Below, one piece after another: positions 50,160 to 57,320 of a stretch of 57,320 bases of DNA (within the stretch, counting starts at the first letter, position 1; every line of letters begins with the position of its first letter). The notes under the pieces are model-generated. The model had not been told where the DNA came from. It did not search any database and saw nothing but the letters and a program-made list of their open reading frames with translations. Source of the DNA: a virus; IMG/VR virus record IMGVR_UViG_3300012165_000001, positions 1 to 57,320 of that record; one strand, written 5' to 3'. A program made the translations under genes and the position numbers.

Positions 50160-51419
50160 TCAGCGGTACTTCTCCACAAACACCCATTGATTCGCCGTGT
50201 TGAGAACAGAGAAAACAAAATATCGGCAAGCGTCAAGCGCATGGTCATTCGCCTTTACCGGCTTATCCTCCGGCGCTTTTTCATCCCACACATACAGGCC
50301 AAATTCTTTTATCAGATTTTTGCAGCAATCGCATATCTTAATAGCCCCACTTTGTAAGCAGCTTGCCGTAAGCCGTATGCCGTCAATCACGGCGTTGTTT
50401 GCTTGGCGCGTAGGTAATTGCCTTTTCTGCAAGGCGGCGATAAAGGAGGCCGCAGACGGGTCTATGATGATTGACAGAATAGGAATGTCGCCAATAAAAG
50501 CCTGTAGATCGTCCGCGAATTCTTCATCTGTTTTCTGCCGGTGCTCGTCGCGGCCCGAGTAGTAGTATTCTTTGGTGCAGTACCACACACCGCCGCAGTA
50601 ACCCCACAGAAGAAATGTGGTCGCGTTCTTTGTACCGTAGTCGCAGGAGACATAGTATTTTGTGTATTTTCGCGGTACCGGTTTGCTGTCAACCAAAGGA
50701 GTTGCAGGAACGACATGTAAGGCAGGATCGAACATATCATATACAAGTCCATGTGCCTGCACCCATTCGCCCAGCACATAGCGGTTATAAAAAACGCCGG
50801 TAAAATCTCGCTTCGCCTTTTCGAGTGATTTCTTGGATAGCCCCGGATTATCATCCATAAGGAAATGCAGATGCTTGGCGTTGTGTTCCTCGGCTTTTTG
50901 AATCCACTCGACATAAAACCAATGCATAGGGTGTTCGGGATTGCAATTAAACCACAATTTTGAGTTATCGACTGATAGTGTTCTTGTAATCGCCTGTTCC
51001 ACAAAGGATTGCGGCATGAGCGCCACTTCATCCAGAAGCACACCGGACAATGTAAGCCCCTGTATAAGCATGTAACTGGATTCGTCTTTACCGCCGAATA
51101 TGTAGAAATAGTTGATTTTGTCGCCGCGTCTGATGGTCAACAGCTTCATGCTTCTTGTATACGCAATGGCATATTTGTCCGTAATGCTTTTTGTTTCCAA
51201 CAAGGGATGTATAATATTGCGCTCGGCAGACTGTACGGTTTTCCCACACACCGCAAATATCGCGCCGTTGAATTGCTCCATAGCCCACCAGACAAAGGCG
51301 TATATCATCATCATGGTTTTTCCTGAACGCACTGCGCCGTCACAGATAAGTGCGTCGTAATTCTCAAATGGAAACTTGAACACTTCCGCTTGCTTTGGCG
51401 ATAGCTTTTCAAACTTCAT
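50160..51419 (-). CDS. terL: Terminase large subunit
   Basis: Walker A CDGAVRSGKT and Walker B-like VLLDEVA; 419 aa; overlaps terS. Confidence 0.9.
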   Translation of the reverse strand: MKFEKLSPKQAEVFKFPFENYDALICDGAVRSGKTMMMIYAFVWWAMEQFNGAIFAVCGKTVQSAERNIIHPLLETKSITDKYAIAYTRSMKLLTIRRGDKINYFYIFGGKDESSYMLIQGLTLSGVLLDEVALMPQSFVEQAITRTLSVDNSKLWFNCNPEHPMHWFYVEWIQKAEEHNAKHLHFLMDDNPGLSKKSLEKAKRDFTGVFYNRYVLGEWVQAHGLVYDMFDPALHVVPATPLVDSKPVPRKYTKYYVSCDYGTKNATTFLLWGYCGGVWYCTKEYYYSGRDEHRQKTDEEFADDLQAFIGDIPILSIIIDPSAASFIAALQKRQLPTRQANNAVIDGIRLTASCLQSGAIKICDCCKNLIKEFGLYVWDEKAPEDKPVKANDHALDACRYFVFSVLNTANQWVFVEKYR

Positions 51420-51858
51420 CTTTCTTTACCGCCTCTGCAATCGCGCTCCATAGGTTATCGTCTTCGCGCTCGTCATTGGGAATATTGCTTTTTGATTTGT
51501 AGGAAATTTCCTTTGATTTCAGCATTTTATCAGTAAGTACCCCATAGGCCGTGACAATCTGACTTATTGAAAGTCCGTCAAGCTGTTCCTTATTGATTAC
51601 GGGGTTCAGGCGTTCGTCAAGTATGTAATCTCCCAGCCGCTTTATACCCTCGGCCTTGCTGTCCAGATAAGAAAGCACATCAAGAGTGTTTTCCTCTTTT
51701 TTTTGGTGCAACAATTCGCAAGTAGTAGGATCGGCGGCTATGATGTTTTTAACGGTGGTTCGGCTGATTCCGTTTTTTCGCCCTGTCTCGGAATAGTTCT
51801 GACATTCCAGATAATCAGCTATAATTTTTTTCTTTTGCTTATCTGTTAATTTTGCCAC
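51409..51858 (-). CDS. terS: Terminase small subunit
   Basis: N-terminal HTH KKKIIADYLECQNYSETGRKNGISRTTVKNII; precedes terL. Confidence 0.75.
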   Translation of the reverse strand: MAKLTDKQKKKIIADYLECQNYSETGRKNGISRTTVKNIIAADPTTCELLHQKKEENTLDVLSYLDSKAEGIKRLGDYILDERLNPVINKEQLDGLSISQIVTAYGVLTDKMLKSKEISYKSKSNIPNDEREDDNLWSAIAEAVKKDEV

Positions 51859-51879
51859 GTATCACCACCTCAATTTTTA

Positions 51880-51906
51880 TATAATAAAAGCACCCCTTTA
51901 GGTGCT
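51880..51906 (-). terminator. Intrinsic terminator immediately upstream of terS
   Basis: Minus strand: AGCACC-taaagg-GGTGCT followed by TTTATTATAT. Confidence 0.55.
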
Positions 51907-51929
51907 TGCTTGATAGCCCGCAAGGGGCG

Positions 51930-52046
51930 TTATTCATGTTCAATCATTTCACATTCGCTCTGCCTGTCACAATACAATGCTTCGTCATCATCCTGTACAT
52001 GTTCACATTTTAGACATATAGGCCAATATTCAGACGGTATCTGCAT
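51930..52046 (-). CDS. 38-aa Cys-rich micro-protein, not in the ORF track
   Basis: GAGGTG RBS; MQIPSEYWPICLKCEHVQDDDEALYCDRQSECEMIEHE. Confidence 0.4.
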   Translation of the reverse strand: MQIPSEYWPICLKCEHVQDDDEALYCDRQSECEMIEHE

Positions 52047-52068
52047 GTGATTCACCTCAATAAAGACG

Positions 52069-52638
52069 CTATGCGCCTTTTGCCTCCTGCTTCATTTCGG
52101 CTGAAATAGCCGCCAATAAAACATCTGTTGGAATTGGGATATTCTCTGTGTTATAGTAATGGTTATTCGCAAGCTTGGTGTCATACTGCTTCAACCATTG
52201 CCGTCCATTATGTTTCCATGCCATTTGCAAAAGCAATGTAGGCAGGAGATAGATTTTACCGGATCCCAATACTGCATAAACTATGTAATCGCATTGAGAA
52301 TAGAACAGCCAGCCTAATTTCTTCCGCTCTTTATTCTTCCATAACTCAAGCAATATATCGCCATAGTCTTTGCGCCGTTTCTTCTCATCTACAGTTACAG
52401 TCCGACCATCTGGGAAGTGTACAACTTTATCAACTCCCCTTAGCTGCAATTCTGGATCTGCCTCATAAGAAATAGTTTCAATTCGTTCGGCTGTAGGAAA
52501 AGCCTTTAAGTAAAAAGCGTTTAATTGCTCATCTTCTCCCGCTTCAAACGAGTATTGGAGATCGGCGTGAAAGTCATTATATTTGATTCCCCCACACCTC
52601 CCATTTATCACTATGTTTTTGGCGGGCAAACATTTCAA
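52069..52638 (-). CDS. PD-(D/E)xK-like nuclease-fold candidate; start uncertain
   Basis: GVDKVVHFPDGRTVTVDEKKRR fits D...(D/E)xK. Overlaps the methylase 3' end. Confidence 0.4.
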   Translation of the reverse strand: MKCLPAKNIVINGRCGGIKYNDFHADLQYSFEAGEDEQLNAFYLKAFPTAERIETISYEADPELQLRGVDKVVHFPDGRTVTVDEKKRRKDYGDILLELWKNKERKKLGWLFYSQCDYIVYAVLGSGKIYLLPTLLLQMAWKHNGRQWLKQYDTKLANNHYYNTENIPIPTDVLLAAISAEMKQEAKGA

Positions 52639-53755
52639 GATAGGTTTCGTCCGGAAACATTCTTTCGATCATGGAATAATAATAATCTGGCTTTTGGCTG
52701 TGCCTCCCTCTCGCTTCCTTGTAAACAGAAGAAAAGCGATTTTCGGGCAATGGTGCAGCATGTTTACCCTTAACGCCCAAAAGCAACAATTCATGCTGTC
52801 CTCTAAACCAATATCCCATACCGTTCTTTTCTTTATCCCACGAATGGCAAGTGCGATATAAAAAGCCCCATGCCTCCATAACCTCAAGAGCCTCTGTCAG
52901 TTTTGGAGCTGTAGCCCATAAAAAAAGCACCGCATTGTCTTCACACGGCACTTGGATATTTTTTATGTCCTCCAATGTCATAGTTGGGTATTGATTTTCA
53001 ATGGCGCGGCTTTCGGTTTCGGAAAATTCATAACGCCATGGAGGATCTGCGTAGATTATATCGTATTTTCCGGTGGTTTGTTTCAGAGGCGCAATTTTAA
53101 TTTCTTCGCGTCTGATAAGCTGCGCAGCCGTTTTTATGGTAGCAGCTTGCCCGGTGGTTAACTTATCAACAATAGCCTTTTGCTGCTGCGGCTTCATTCT
53201 GGCAAGAGTAAGGGCATCTGTTTTTGGCATATCGTTTTTTATAACAGCCGCTTTTGCCTCCGGTGTAAGCTTTTTCGCAATCTGTATTTCCTGCTCCACC
53301 GTCCTGCGGGACACGCCTATTTTTTCGGCGGTATCCTCTGCAAAGGTTGGCGAAATAATTTCGCTGACCTCTTTAAATTGGTTTCCACGAAATGCGCCCC
53401 CTTTTGAAGTTGGCTTGGTCTCTGGATGCAACTCCTCATAAATTTCCTTACGCCGTGAAAATTGTTCTCCGCGAATAGTAAAATGTAATTCATTTCGTAT
53501 CAGGTTTTCGTCTATCTCGGCAAGTTCAGCATGAAGCCCGGAAAGATCTGTTGTGGTGGCCTCTATCTCTGCGCGTCCCAACAACTTAAACGCTTCTATT
53601 CTGTGTGCCCCGGCAATCAAGAATCTATCAATATCCAGTGTAATAGGATTAATAAGCCCGATTTCTTTTATGCTGTCTGCAAGATCCTTTACCTTCGATA
53701 TGTCGATAGCACGGCGATTGCTTCTTGTTTGAATGTCTGCGATTTTAACCAACAT
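52577..53755 (-). CDS. ParB-like N-terminal domain fused to an MT-A70-type N6-adenine DNA methyltransferase
   Basis: GLINPITLDIDRFLIAGAHRIEA (ParB box) and IIYADPPWRYEF (DPPW catalytic motif). Confidence 0.8.
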   Translation of the reverse strand: MLVKIADIQTRSNRRAIDISKVKDLADSIKEIGLINPITLDIDRFLIAGAHRIEAFKLLGRAEIEATTTDLSGLHAELAEIDENLIRNELHFTIRGEQFSRRKEIYEELHPETKPTSKGGAFRGNQFKEVSEIISPTFAEDTAEKIGVSRRTVEQEIQIAKKLTPEAKAAVIKNDMPKTDALTLARMKPQQQKAIVDKLTTGQAATIKTAAQLIRREEIKIAPLKQTTGKYDIIYADPPWRYEFSETESRAIENQYPTMTLEDIKNIQVPCEDNAVLFLWATAPKLTEALEVMEAWGFLYRTCHSWDKEKNGMGYWFRGQHELLLLGVKGKHAAPLPENRFSSVYKEARGRHSQKPDYYYSMIERMFPDETYLEMFARQKHSDKWEVWGNQI

Positions 53756-53854
53756 GATATTACCGCCTTTCCGTAAGCCTTAAAAGTTAATCCGGGGAAG
53801 GCGGATAAGGCTTTCCGTTTTTCGAGTGCGCTACTCTATCCCCGAATTTTGGGA

Positions 53855-53885
53855 TATAAAAACGCCTCATCCGAAGATAAAGCGT
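53855..53885 (-). terminator. Intrinsic terminator with a UUCG tetraloop
   Basis: Minus strand: CGCTTTATC-TTCG-GATGAGGCG followed by TTTTTAT. Confidence 0.6.
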
Positions 53886-53923
53886 GATTATTCGTTTTGT
53901 TCGGCCTGCGGAGGCCGGGTTAT

Positions 53924-54100
53924 TCACGGCAATTCGTTTTCTAGTAAATTGATAAAATAATCTGCACTTTTTGACAACTTGGTATATTCTTCTTTTCCCA
54001 AGACATAATAAACTGCACTCATAAGCGCTTTGATTTCCCCAATCGTTCTATGCTCTTGAATTGATAATATAGCATATGGCTCCTTATCGCTCGCAAACAT
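53924..54100 (-). CDS. 58-aa hypothetical protein, not in the ORF track
   Basis: AAGGAG RBS; MFASDKEPYAILSIQEHRTIGEIKALMSAVYYVLGKEEY... Confidence 0.45.
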   Translation of the reverse strand: MFASDKEPYAILSIQEHRTIGEIKALMSAVYYVLGKEEYTKLSKSADYFINLLENELP

Positions 54101-54310
54101 AACTCTATCTCCTTATCAGCGCAAGGTGTTGATTGTGTGGGCCGGGTGTGGGCCAGGGATGCTTCATTAAACTTCCCTGGCCTCACGGCTAGTATATGAT
54201 AAACGCCACGGAGATCAACCCGCAGCGTCCCGAGTAAATAAGCGCCAGTATGTTTCCATTACATCACAAGGCCGAAACCCAGTCCGGAATCGAACCGGAA
54301 ACTCTGGCAG

Positions 54311-54384
54311 TGGAGCGGATAGACGGAATTGAACCGACATAGCCAGTTTGGAAGACTGGAATTTTGCCGTTAAATTATATCCGC
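54311..54384 (-). tRNA. tRNA-Gly (anticodon UCC), 74 nt with encoded CCA
   Basis: Hand fold: GCGGATA/TATCCGC acceptor, ATTT/AAAT D-stem, CCAGT-CTTCCAA-ACTGG anticodon arm, GTCGG-TTCAATT-CCGTC T-arm (one T-T mismatch), U73, CCA. Confidence 0.75.
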
Positions 54385-54385
54385 A

Positions 54386-54491
54386 TGGTTCCCGCCATCC
54401 GTAGCCAGCGGGATAGAGAGGGTATGAAGTGGAAATCAATTTCATGCGGCCATCCGGGCAGTGTCTTAACTGTTTCTGCCCTGTTCCGCAT
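54386..54491 (-). ncRNA. Structured, tRNA-like RNA segment immediately 5' of tRNA-Gly, ending in a 7-bp minihelix plus ACCA; not a canonical tRNA
   Basis: TCCCGCT-ggctacggat-GGCGGGA-ACCA. Upstream nested stems ATGCGG/CCGCAT and GGGCAG/CTGCCC. Confidence 0.35.
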
Positions 54492-54561
54492 CGTGGGTTA
54501 GACTTAATGTCAATTCCACTAATAACATTTTACCCTATTGACAAAGTACATTCAAGTGAAA

Positions 54562-54954
54562 TCAACTGCAACCAACTGCAATCTTTTTAGCTTCATCATG
54601 GAGCTGATAAACGCGGCGGGGGGAATATCCCATTGAAGCCGCCGTCCAGTGCCACGGCCTACATTCCACATATCGAAGCATCATCAATTTCCGCTCAACA
54701 TCCGACAACTCCATTTTGTTTATTTCCCGCCGGATGATTTCCTTTTCGATTACAAGTTTGCCTTGCAGCTCCGCAATTTCCTGCACAAGCTCTGCTGCAA
54801 TCTGCCCCGCAAACACGCCTGCGCTGCCCTGCACGGGCGTATTATCGCCCCTGCCACCTATTCCACCCGTTGCCCTTAAATCGTCCAGGCGGGCTTGCAG
54901 GCGGTCTATCTTGCGCTGTAGGGATAGGGCTGCGTTTAATTCATCATTCGTCAT
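54562..54954 (-). CDS. Late-gene transcriptional activator candidate (DUF1492 / sigma region-4-like; RinA/ArpU-type role)
   Basis: LSDVERKLMMLRYVECRPWHWTAASMGYSPRRVYQLHDEA; located upstream of the packaging genes. Confidence 0.55.
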   Translation of the reverse strand: MTNDELNAALSLQRKIDRLQARLDDLRATGGIGGRGDNTPVQGSAGVFAGQIAAELVQEIAELQGKLVIEKEIIRREINKMELSDVERKLMMLRYVECRPWHWTAASMGYSPRRVYQLHDEAKKIAVGCS

Positions 54955-55138
54955 CGTTCTTCCCCCAATCAATCCGCTGTCCGCATTGTGAACAATACAT
55001 CATCCTCACGCCAACCGGCCTGCCGCAGCTCCGACAACAAAAATGTATTTGGGTTTCTGTTGGCGCCTTCGGTCTCTGCTTCTCCAAAGCGTAAGTCACC
55101 AGATTTATAGCGATTTCACTTAATTCTTCAGCCGTCAA
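54944..55138 (-). CDS. Zinc-ribbon protein
   Basis: CCRSCGRPV...YCSQCGQ. Confidence 0.45.
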   Translation of the reverse strand: MTAEELSEIAINLVTYALEKQRPKAPTETQIHFCCRSCGRPVGVRMMYCSQCGQRIDWGKNDDE

Positions 55139-55224
55139 TCTCCATCACCTCGTTTTTATTGCTAAAATCTTCCTTAATGTGCTATAATAAAATCCACCCA
55201 AGGTGCAAAACAGAAAGGATGTTA

Positions 55225-55305
55225 ATGACGGATTTCCAGATCCTTACCACAGTATTTACAGTTATTGGCCTATTGATAGCTTTTGGCAATTATTCTAAGA
55301 AATAA
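55225..55305 (+). CDS. 26-aa hydrophobic micro-ORF resembling Hol-Tox (holin-like type I toxin) peptides, not in the ORF track
   Basis: MTDFQILTTVFTVIGLLIAFGNYSKK; AAAGGA RBS 6 nt upstream. Confidence 0.4.
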   Translation: MTDFQILTTVFTVIGLLIAFGNYSKK

Positions 55306-55432
55306 TTTAGCTTTTACTTAAAGCACAATATGTAGTGTCGAGTGGTGGCATTTAGTTGTGGAATACACCAGTTCTGCCCTTTTGATAGTAATGATAGTTT
55401 TGCAAACTATAGCTGGGGCTCGGCACCTCATA

Positions 55433-55461
55433 TTGACAAAATGTGAAAAAACGGCTATTAT
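55433..55461 (+). promoter_or_regulatory. Near-consensus plus-strand promoter in a 490-bp intergenic region
   Basis: TTGACA (55433-55438), 17 nt, TATTAT (55456-55461). Confidence 0.55.
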
Positions 55462-55467
55462 TTAATT

Positions 55468-55605
55468 GTGGTAAGTACGTCATTAACGTCCAAGGTCTTG
55501 CAATGTGGTGATTGCGAGACAGATTAGAATGATTATACCCCACCCATTCTAATCGCCTCATCCCAGCGAAAAGGCTTCCTATCAAGGGGGCTTTTTCGCG
55601 TTTGC
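55468..55605 (+). ncRNA. Candidate ~130-nt sRNA
   Basis: Contains an 11-bp hairpin AGATTAGAATG/CATTCTAATC (55521-55554) and a terminal hairpin AGGCTTCC-tatcaa-GGGGGCTT followed by TTTCGCGTTT. Confidence 0.4.
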
Positions 55606-55632
55606 GGGAAAGTTTCAATCTCACCTCGCCTC

Positions 55633-55989
55633 TCATCTTCCGCATTCGGGATTGTTGGCCTTTATGGTAGCCGCATATCTATCTATAAATCGTTTGTATT
55701 TTGCACGTCCGCACTTTTCGCACAAACCGTCATATGATCCCAATGAACTATGCATAGAGGTTAACACAACCCTATCTGCGCCACATTCGGCGCACTTACC
55801 GTATTCGCACTTTTGAGTAGAATAACTAACACTGATATTCCGGTTAGCCGTAAATGCTCTCTCGCATTCTTCGCATTCAATCTGTCCTATATCTTCATCT
55901 TCCGGCCCGATGTCCCAGCTATCACCAAATTCATATCCGCACCATGGGCAAACTATTTCGCTGGTATACTCATGATTAATAGCATCCAT
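55633..55989 (-). CDS. Multi-zinc-ribbon protein
   Basis: CPWCG, CEEC, CAECG and CEKCG pairs. Confidence 0.5.
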   Translation of the reverse strand: MDAINHEYTSEIVCPWCGYEFGDSWDIGPEDEDIGQIECEECERAFTANRNISVSYSTQKCEYGKCAECGADRVVLTSMHSSLGSYDGLCEKCGRAKYKRFIDRYAATIKANNPECGR

Positions 55990-56309
55990 CACTTCCCCTC
56001 CCTCTCCATCTTCGCGCCGCTTTTCATTTCCGATTCCAATATTTTCTGAATACTGTCTCTCAGGGAAAGATAGGCATACATATATGGAGCAAAATTTGAA
56101 CCTCCGACAATAGAGTCCTTGATGCTTTCTGCCTCATCTATTGCCACTTGCAGCTCATCCGCTGGCACCTTCTTGATTATATGGTCATATTCGGATATCA
56201 TCCGCTTGCAACATGCACGCAGTTTCGCTATATCCTGCGTGGCGTATCCATCATTGCTTTTGGGTTGGGTGTCAGCTAGATATTGCCGGATTTCATCAAC
56301 TCTGTTCAT
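55989..56309 (-). CDS. Hypothetical protein (start at 56309)
   Basis: GGGAGGG RBS. Confidence 0.5.
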   Translation of the reverse strand: MNRVDEIRQYLADTQPKSNDGYATQDIAKLRACCKRMISEYDHIIKKVPADELQVAIDEAESIKDSIVGGSNFAPYMYAYLSLRDSIQKILESEMKSGAKMEREGK

Positions 56310-56484
56310 GGATGCCCTCCCGTTCAATTTTTGCGCATTTCTTACATGTGCAGGCCGGACCTTTGTTTTCCCAAGTTTCTACTGCGTCAATAGATAATCC
56401 ACAAACAGTAACGGTCCAGGCGCCTCCCTCGTACCTATCGTCCTTCAAGTGTATTTTCCCGCTGCGTGATCTAATTTTTATCAT
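56296..56484 (-). CDS. Hypothetical small protein (start at 56484)
   Basis: ATGA overlap with the upstream gene. Confidence 0.45.
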   Translation of the reverse strand: MIKIRSRSGKIHLKDDRYEGGAWTVTVCGLSIDAVETWENKGPACTCKKCAKIEREGIHEQS

Positions 56485-56849
56485 GGTTGCTCTCCAATTC
56501 CGCGCCATTGCCAACAACAAAACTGATGCAATTCACAAGATTTTTTTTCATCTCTTCGAGTACAATTTTCACAACTTTGATTCATGTTTTCAACGAGATA
56601 ATCCCGTTCTTCTCTCAACCGCTCATTCGCCGCTTTTAGCTCAGCAATCTCCTCTTGTAACTCCACATTATGACCTGCCGTTGCTATTTGACTTTTCGCA
56701 ATAGTGTTGATTTCGTCTGGCGTGAGGCCGGTGGCGCGACATTCCTTAAGCTCCGATAATGCCGTTTTGATATCAAGCCCATACATATGATAGTCATATT
56801 TTGACATTGCCAAGAGATTATTTATTGCATCGTTTGTTAGCCGTTCCAT
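56481..56849 (-). CDS. DRLT-family phage protein (intact paralog type)
   Basis: MERLTNDAINN..., TGLTPDEI and a coiled coil, then the Cys cluster CENC...C..FCC. Confidence 0.5.
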   Translation of the reverse strand: MERLTNDAINNLLAMSKYDYHMYGLDIKTALSELKECRATGLTPDEINTIAKSQIATAGHNVELQEEIAELKAANERLREERDYLVENMNQSCENCTRRDEKKSCELHQFCCWQWRGIGEQP

Positions 56850-56917
56850 CTTAACCCTCCATTCTCATCCACGAATCCGGATTGCGCCGCTCTTAATTTC
56901 CACCAATATCGCCTGAT

Positions 56918-57320
56918 TCATGGCGCCTTATCCTCTGCCTTAAATATAACTACGCAGGAGGGGAAGGGCGCTTCATCAGCCGGAACCCCTTGGTCGTTAG
57001 TAAATTTAATGCGGCCCGGTATCCATCTAATTTCCTTTGCGTGTGGAAATATCCACTGGTGGAAGCGCTTTGTATCCGTCCTGGCGGCCAAAAGCATGAC
57101 CACCGTTGTTTCCGGCTTCCGGCTCTCCAAATATGCTTTTTCTACCCATCTATCGGTTGCTCGGCCATATGGTGGGTTCACCCAGACTGTTTCCCAGGCC
57201 CAATCCTGGGATAGTCCATCATCCTCGGCGGTAAAATATCGGGTACACTTTGCATTCGCATGACTGGCGGCTGCATCCAAGGTGAAATGAAATTCCGAAT
57301 CTAATTTATTGAAAAAATCC
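56918..57320 (-). CDS. dam: Phage Dam-type N6-adenine DNA methyltransferase (3' 403 nt; the start codon lies 50 nt beyond the window end, equivalent to position 173)
   Basis: VWVNPPYGR (NPPY catalytic motif) and FTLDAAAS. Confidence 0.85.
   Translation of the reverse strand, partial: DFFNKLDSEFHFTLDAAASHANAKCTRYFTAEDDGLSQDWAWETVWVNPPYGRATDRWVEKAYLESRKPETTVVMLLAARTDTKRFHQWIFPHAKEIRWIPGRIKFTNDQGVPADEAPFPSCVVIFKAEDKAP

Noticed and set aside
54260-54310. Possible second tRNA using the perfect T-arm TCCGGTTCGATTCCGGA
   Set aside because: Only about 11 nt separate it from the 3' end of tRNA-Gly on the 5' side, and no 5' acceptor, D-arm or anticodon arm can be paired. It is reported as a fragment instead.
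54215-54445. 76-aa ORF overlapping the tRNA locus
   Set aside because: It overlaps a well-folding tRNA-Gly and tRNA-like hairpins and has no RBS.
54386-54470. Amber-suppressor or pyrrolysine-like tRNA that could read the TAG at 16129
   Set aside because: The only CTA in a loop-like context (CTCTATC) has no complementary flanking stem and has a pyrimidine at position 37. The ACCA-ended helix closes on itself after 10 nt.
55352-55645. 97-aa minus-strand ORF in the 55.1-55.6 kb gap
   Set aside because: It has no RBS and an unusual composition. It is antisense to a near-consensus promoter and the hairpins of a likely sRNA.
1-57320. Genome-wide stop-codon recoding (TAG or TGA reassignment)
   Set aside because: The long genes are uninterrupted in standard code (portal 512 aa, terL 419 aa, tape measure 604 aa, sheath 446 aa, fibre 500 aa, DnaB 424 aa). 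Only one in-frame TAG was found.
1-57320. CRISPR array, diversity-generating retroelement or retron
   Set aside because: I saw no regularly spaced identical direct repeats with unique spacers, and no reverse-transcriptase-like ORF. The repeats found are degenerate (9685-10054) or structured and dispersed (40240, 46213, 48759).

Overview
The window is a complete temperate phage genome. Bases 1-123 are identical to 57198-57320, so the unique length is 57,197 bp and the contig is circular or terminally redundant. The virion is a contractile-tailed, PBSX/Xkd-like type. Several features point to a Bacillota (probably clostridial) host, by inference only: a YjcZ-like Gly-rich protein, a Hol-Tox-like micro-ORF, an LL-H-type holin and a DUF1492-type late activator.

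Most genes are on the minus strand, which reads from high to low coordinates:
- Late activator, a tRNA-Gly(UCC) locus and a ParB-MT-A70 methylase (55-52.5 kb).
- terS and terL (51.9-50.2 kb), then an HNH/zinc-ribbon/membrane insert.
- Portal (47.8-46.3 kb), a ParB-like protein and an SPP1-gp7-like head protein.
- A radical-SAM cassette (43.8-42.1 kb).
- Scaffold, capsid and connectors, then the sheath/tube/chaperone/tape-measure/baseplate/fibre module (37.7-27.5 kb).
- Holin plus M23 endolysin (27.4-26.6 kb).
- A mosaic cargo region (25.7-18.9 kb).
- After wrapping, Dam and the early/replication operon (11.0-0.2 kb): Cro-like, DUF669 SSB, replisome organiser, DnaB, RusA and a SplB-like radical SAM.

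Plus-strand islands:
- cI-like repressor, tyrosine integrase and attP (11.1-13.3 kb).
- A small-gene module carrying a TnpB-only IS element (14.2-18.9 kb).
- Two HNH/AP2 endonuclease paralogs.
- A zinc-ribbon membrane moron.

Most notable observations:
1. A radical-SAM + HExxH + zinc-ribbon + 31-codon Cys/Gly micro-ORF cassette sits inside the head module and has its own terminator.
2. A family of about 75-nt structured intergenic repeats in the late operon shows compensatory stem changes.
3. A promoter, a 105-nt closed stem structure and tandem terminators lie in front of the sheath gene.
4. A 370-bp C-rich array of degenerate ~54-bp repeats lies in the early operon.
5. An RHH-coupled, catalytically intact TnpB has no TnpA.
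6. The tRNA-Gly is flanked by tRNA-like fragments.
7. One conserved phage gene carries an in-frame TAG.
8. attP mimics a tRNA-Gly 3' end.

All homology statements come from reading motifs in the translations. No database search was run.
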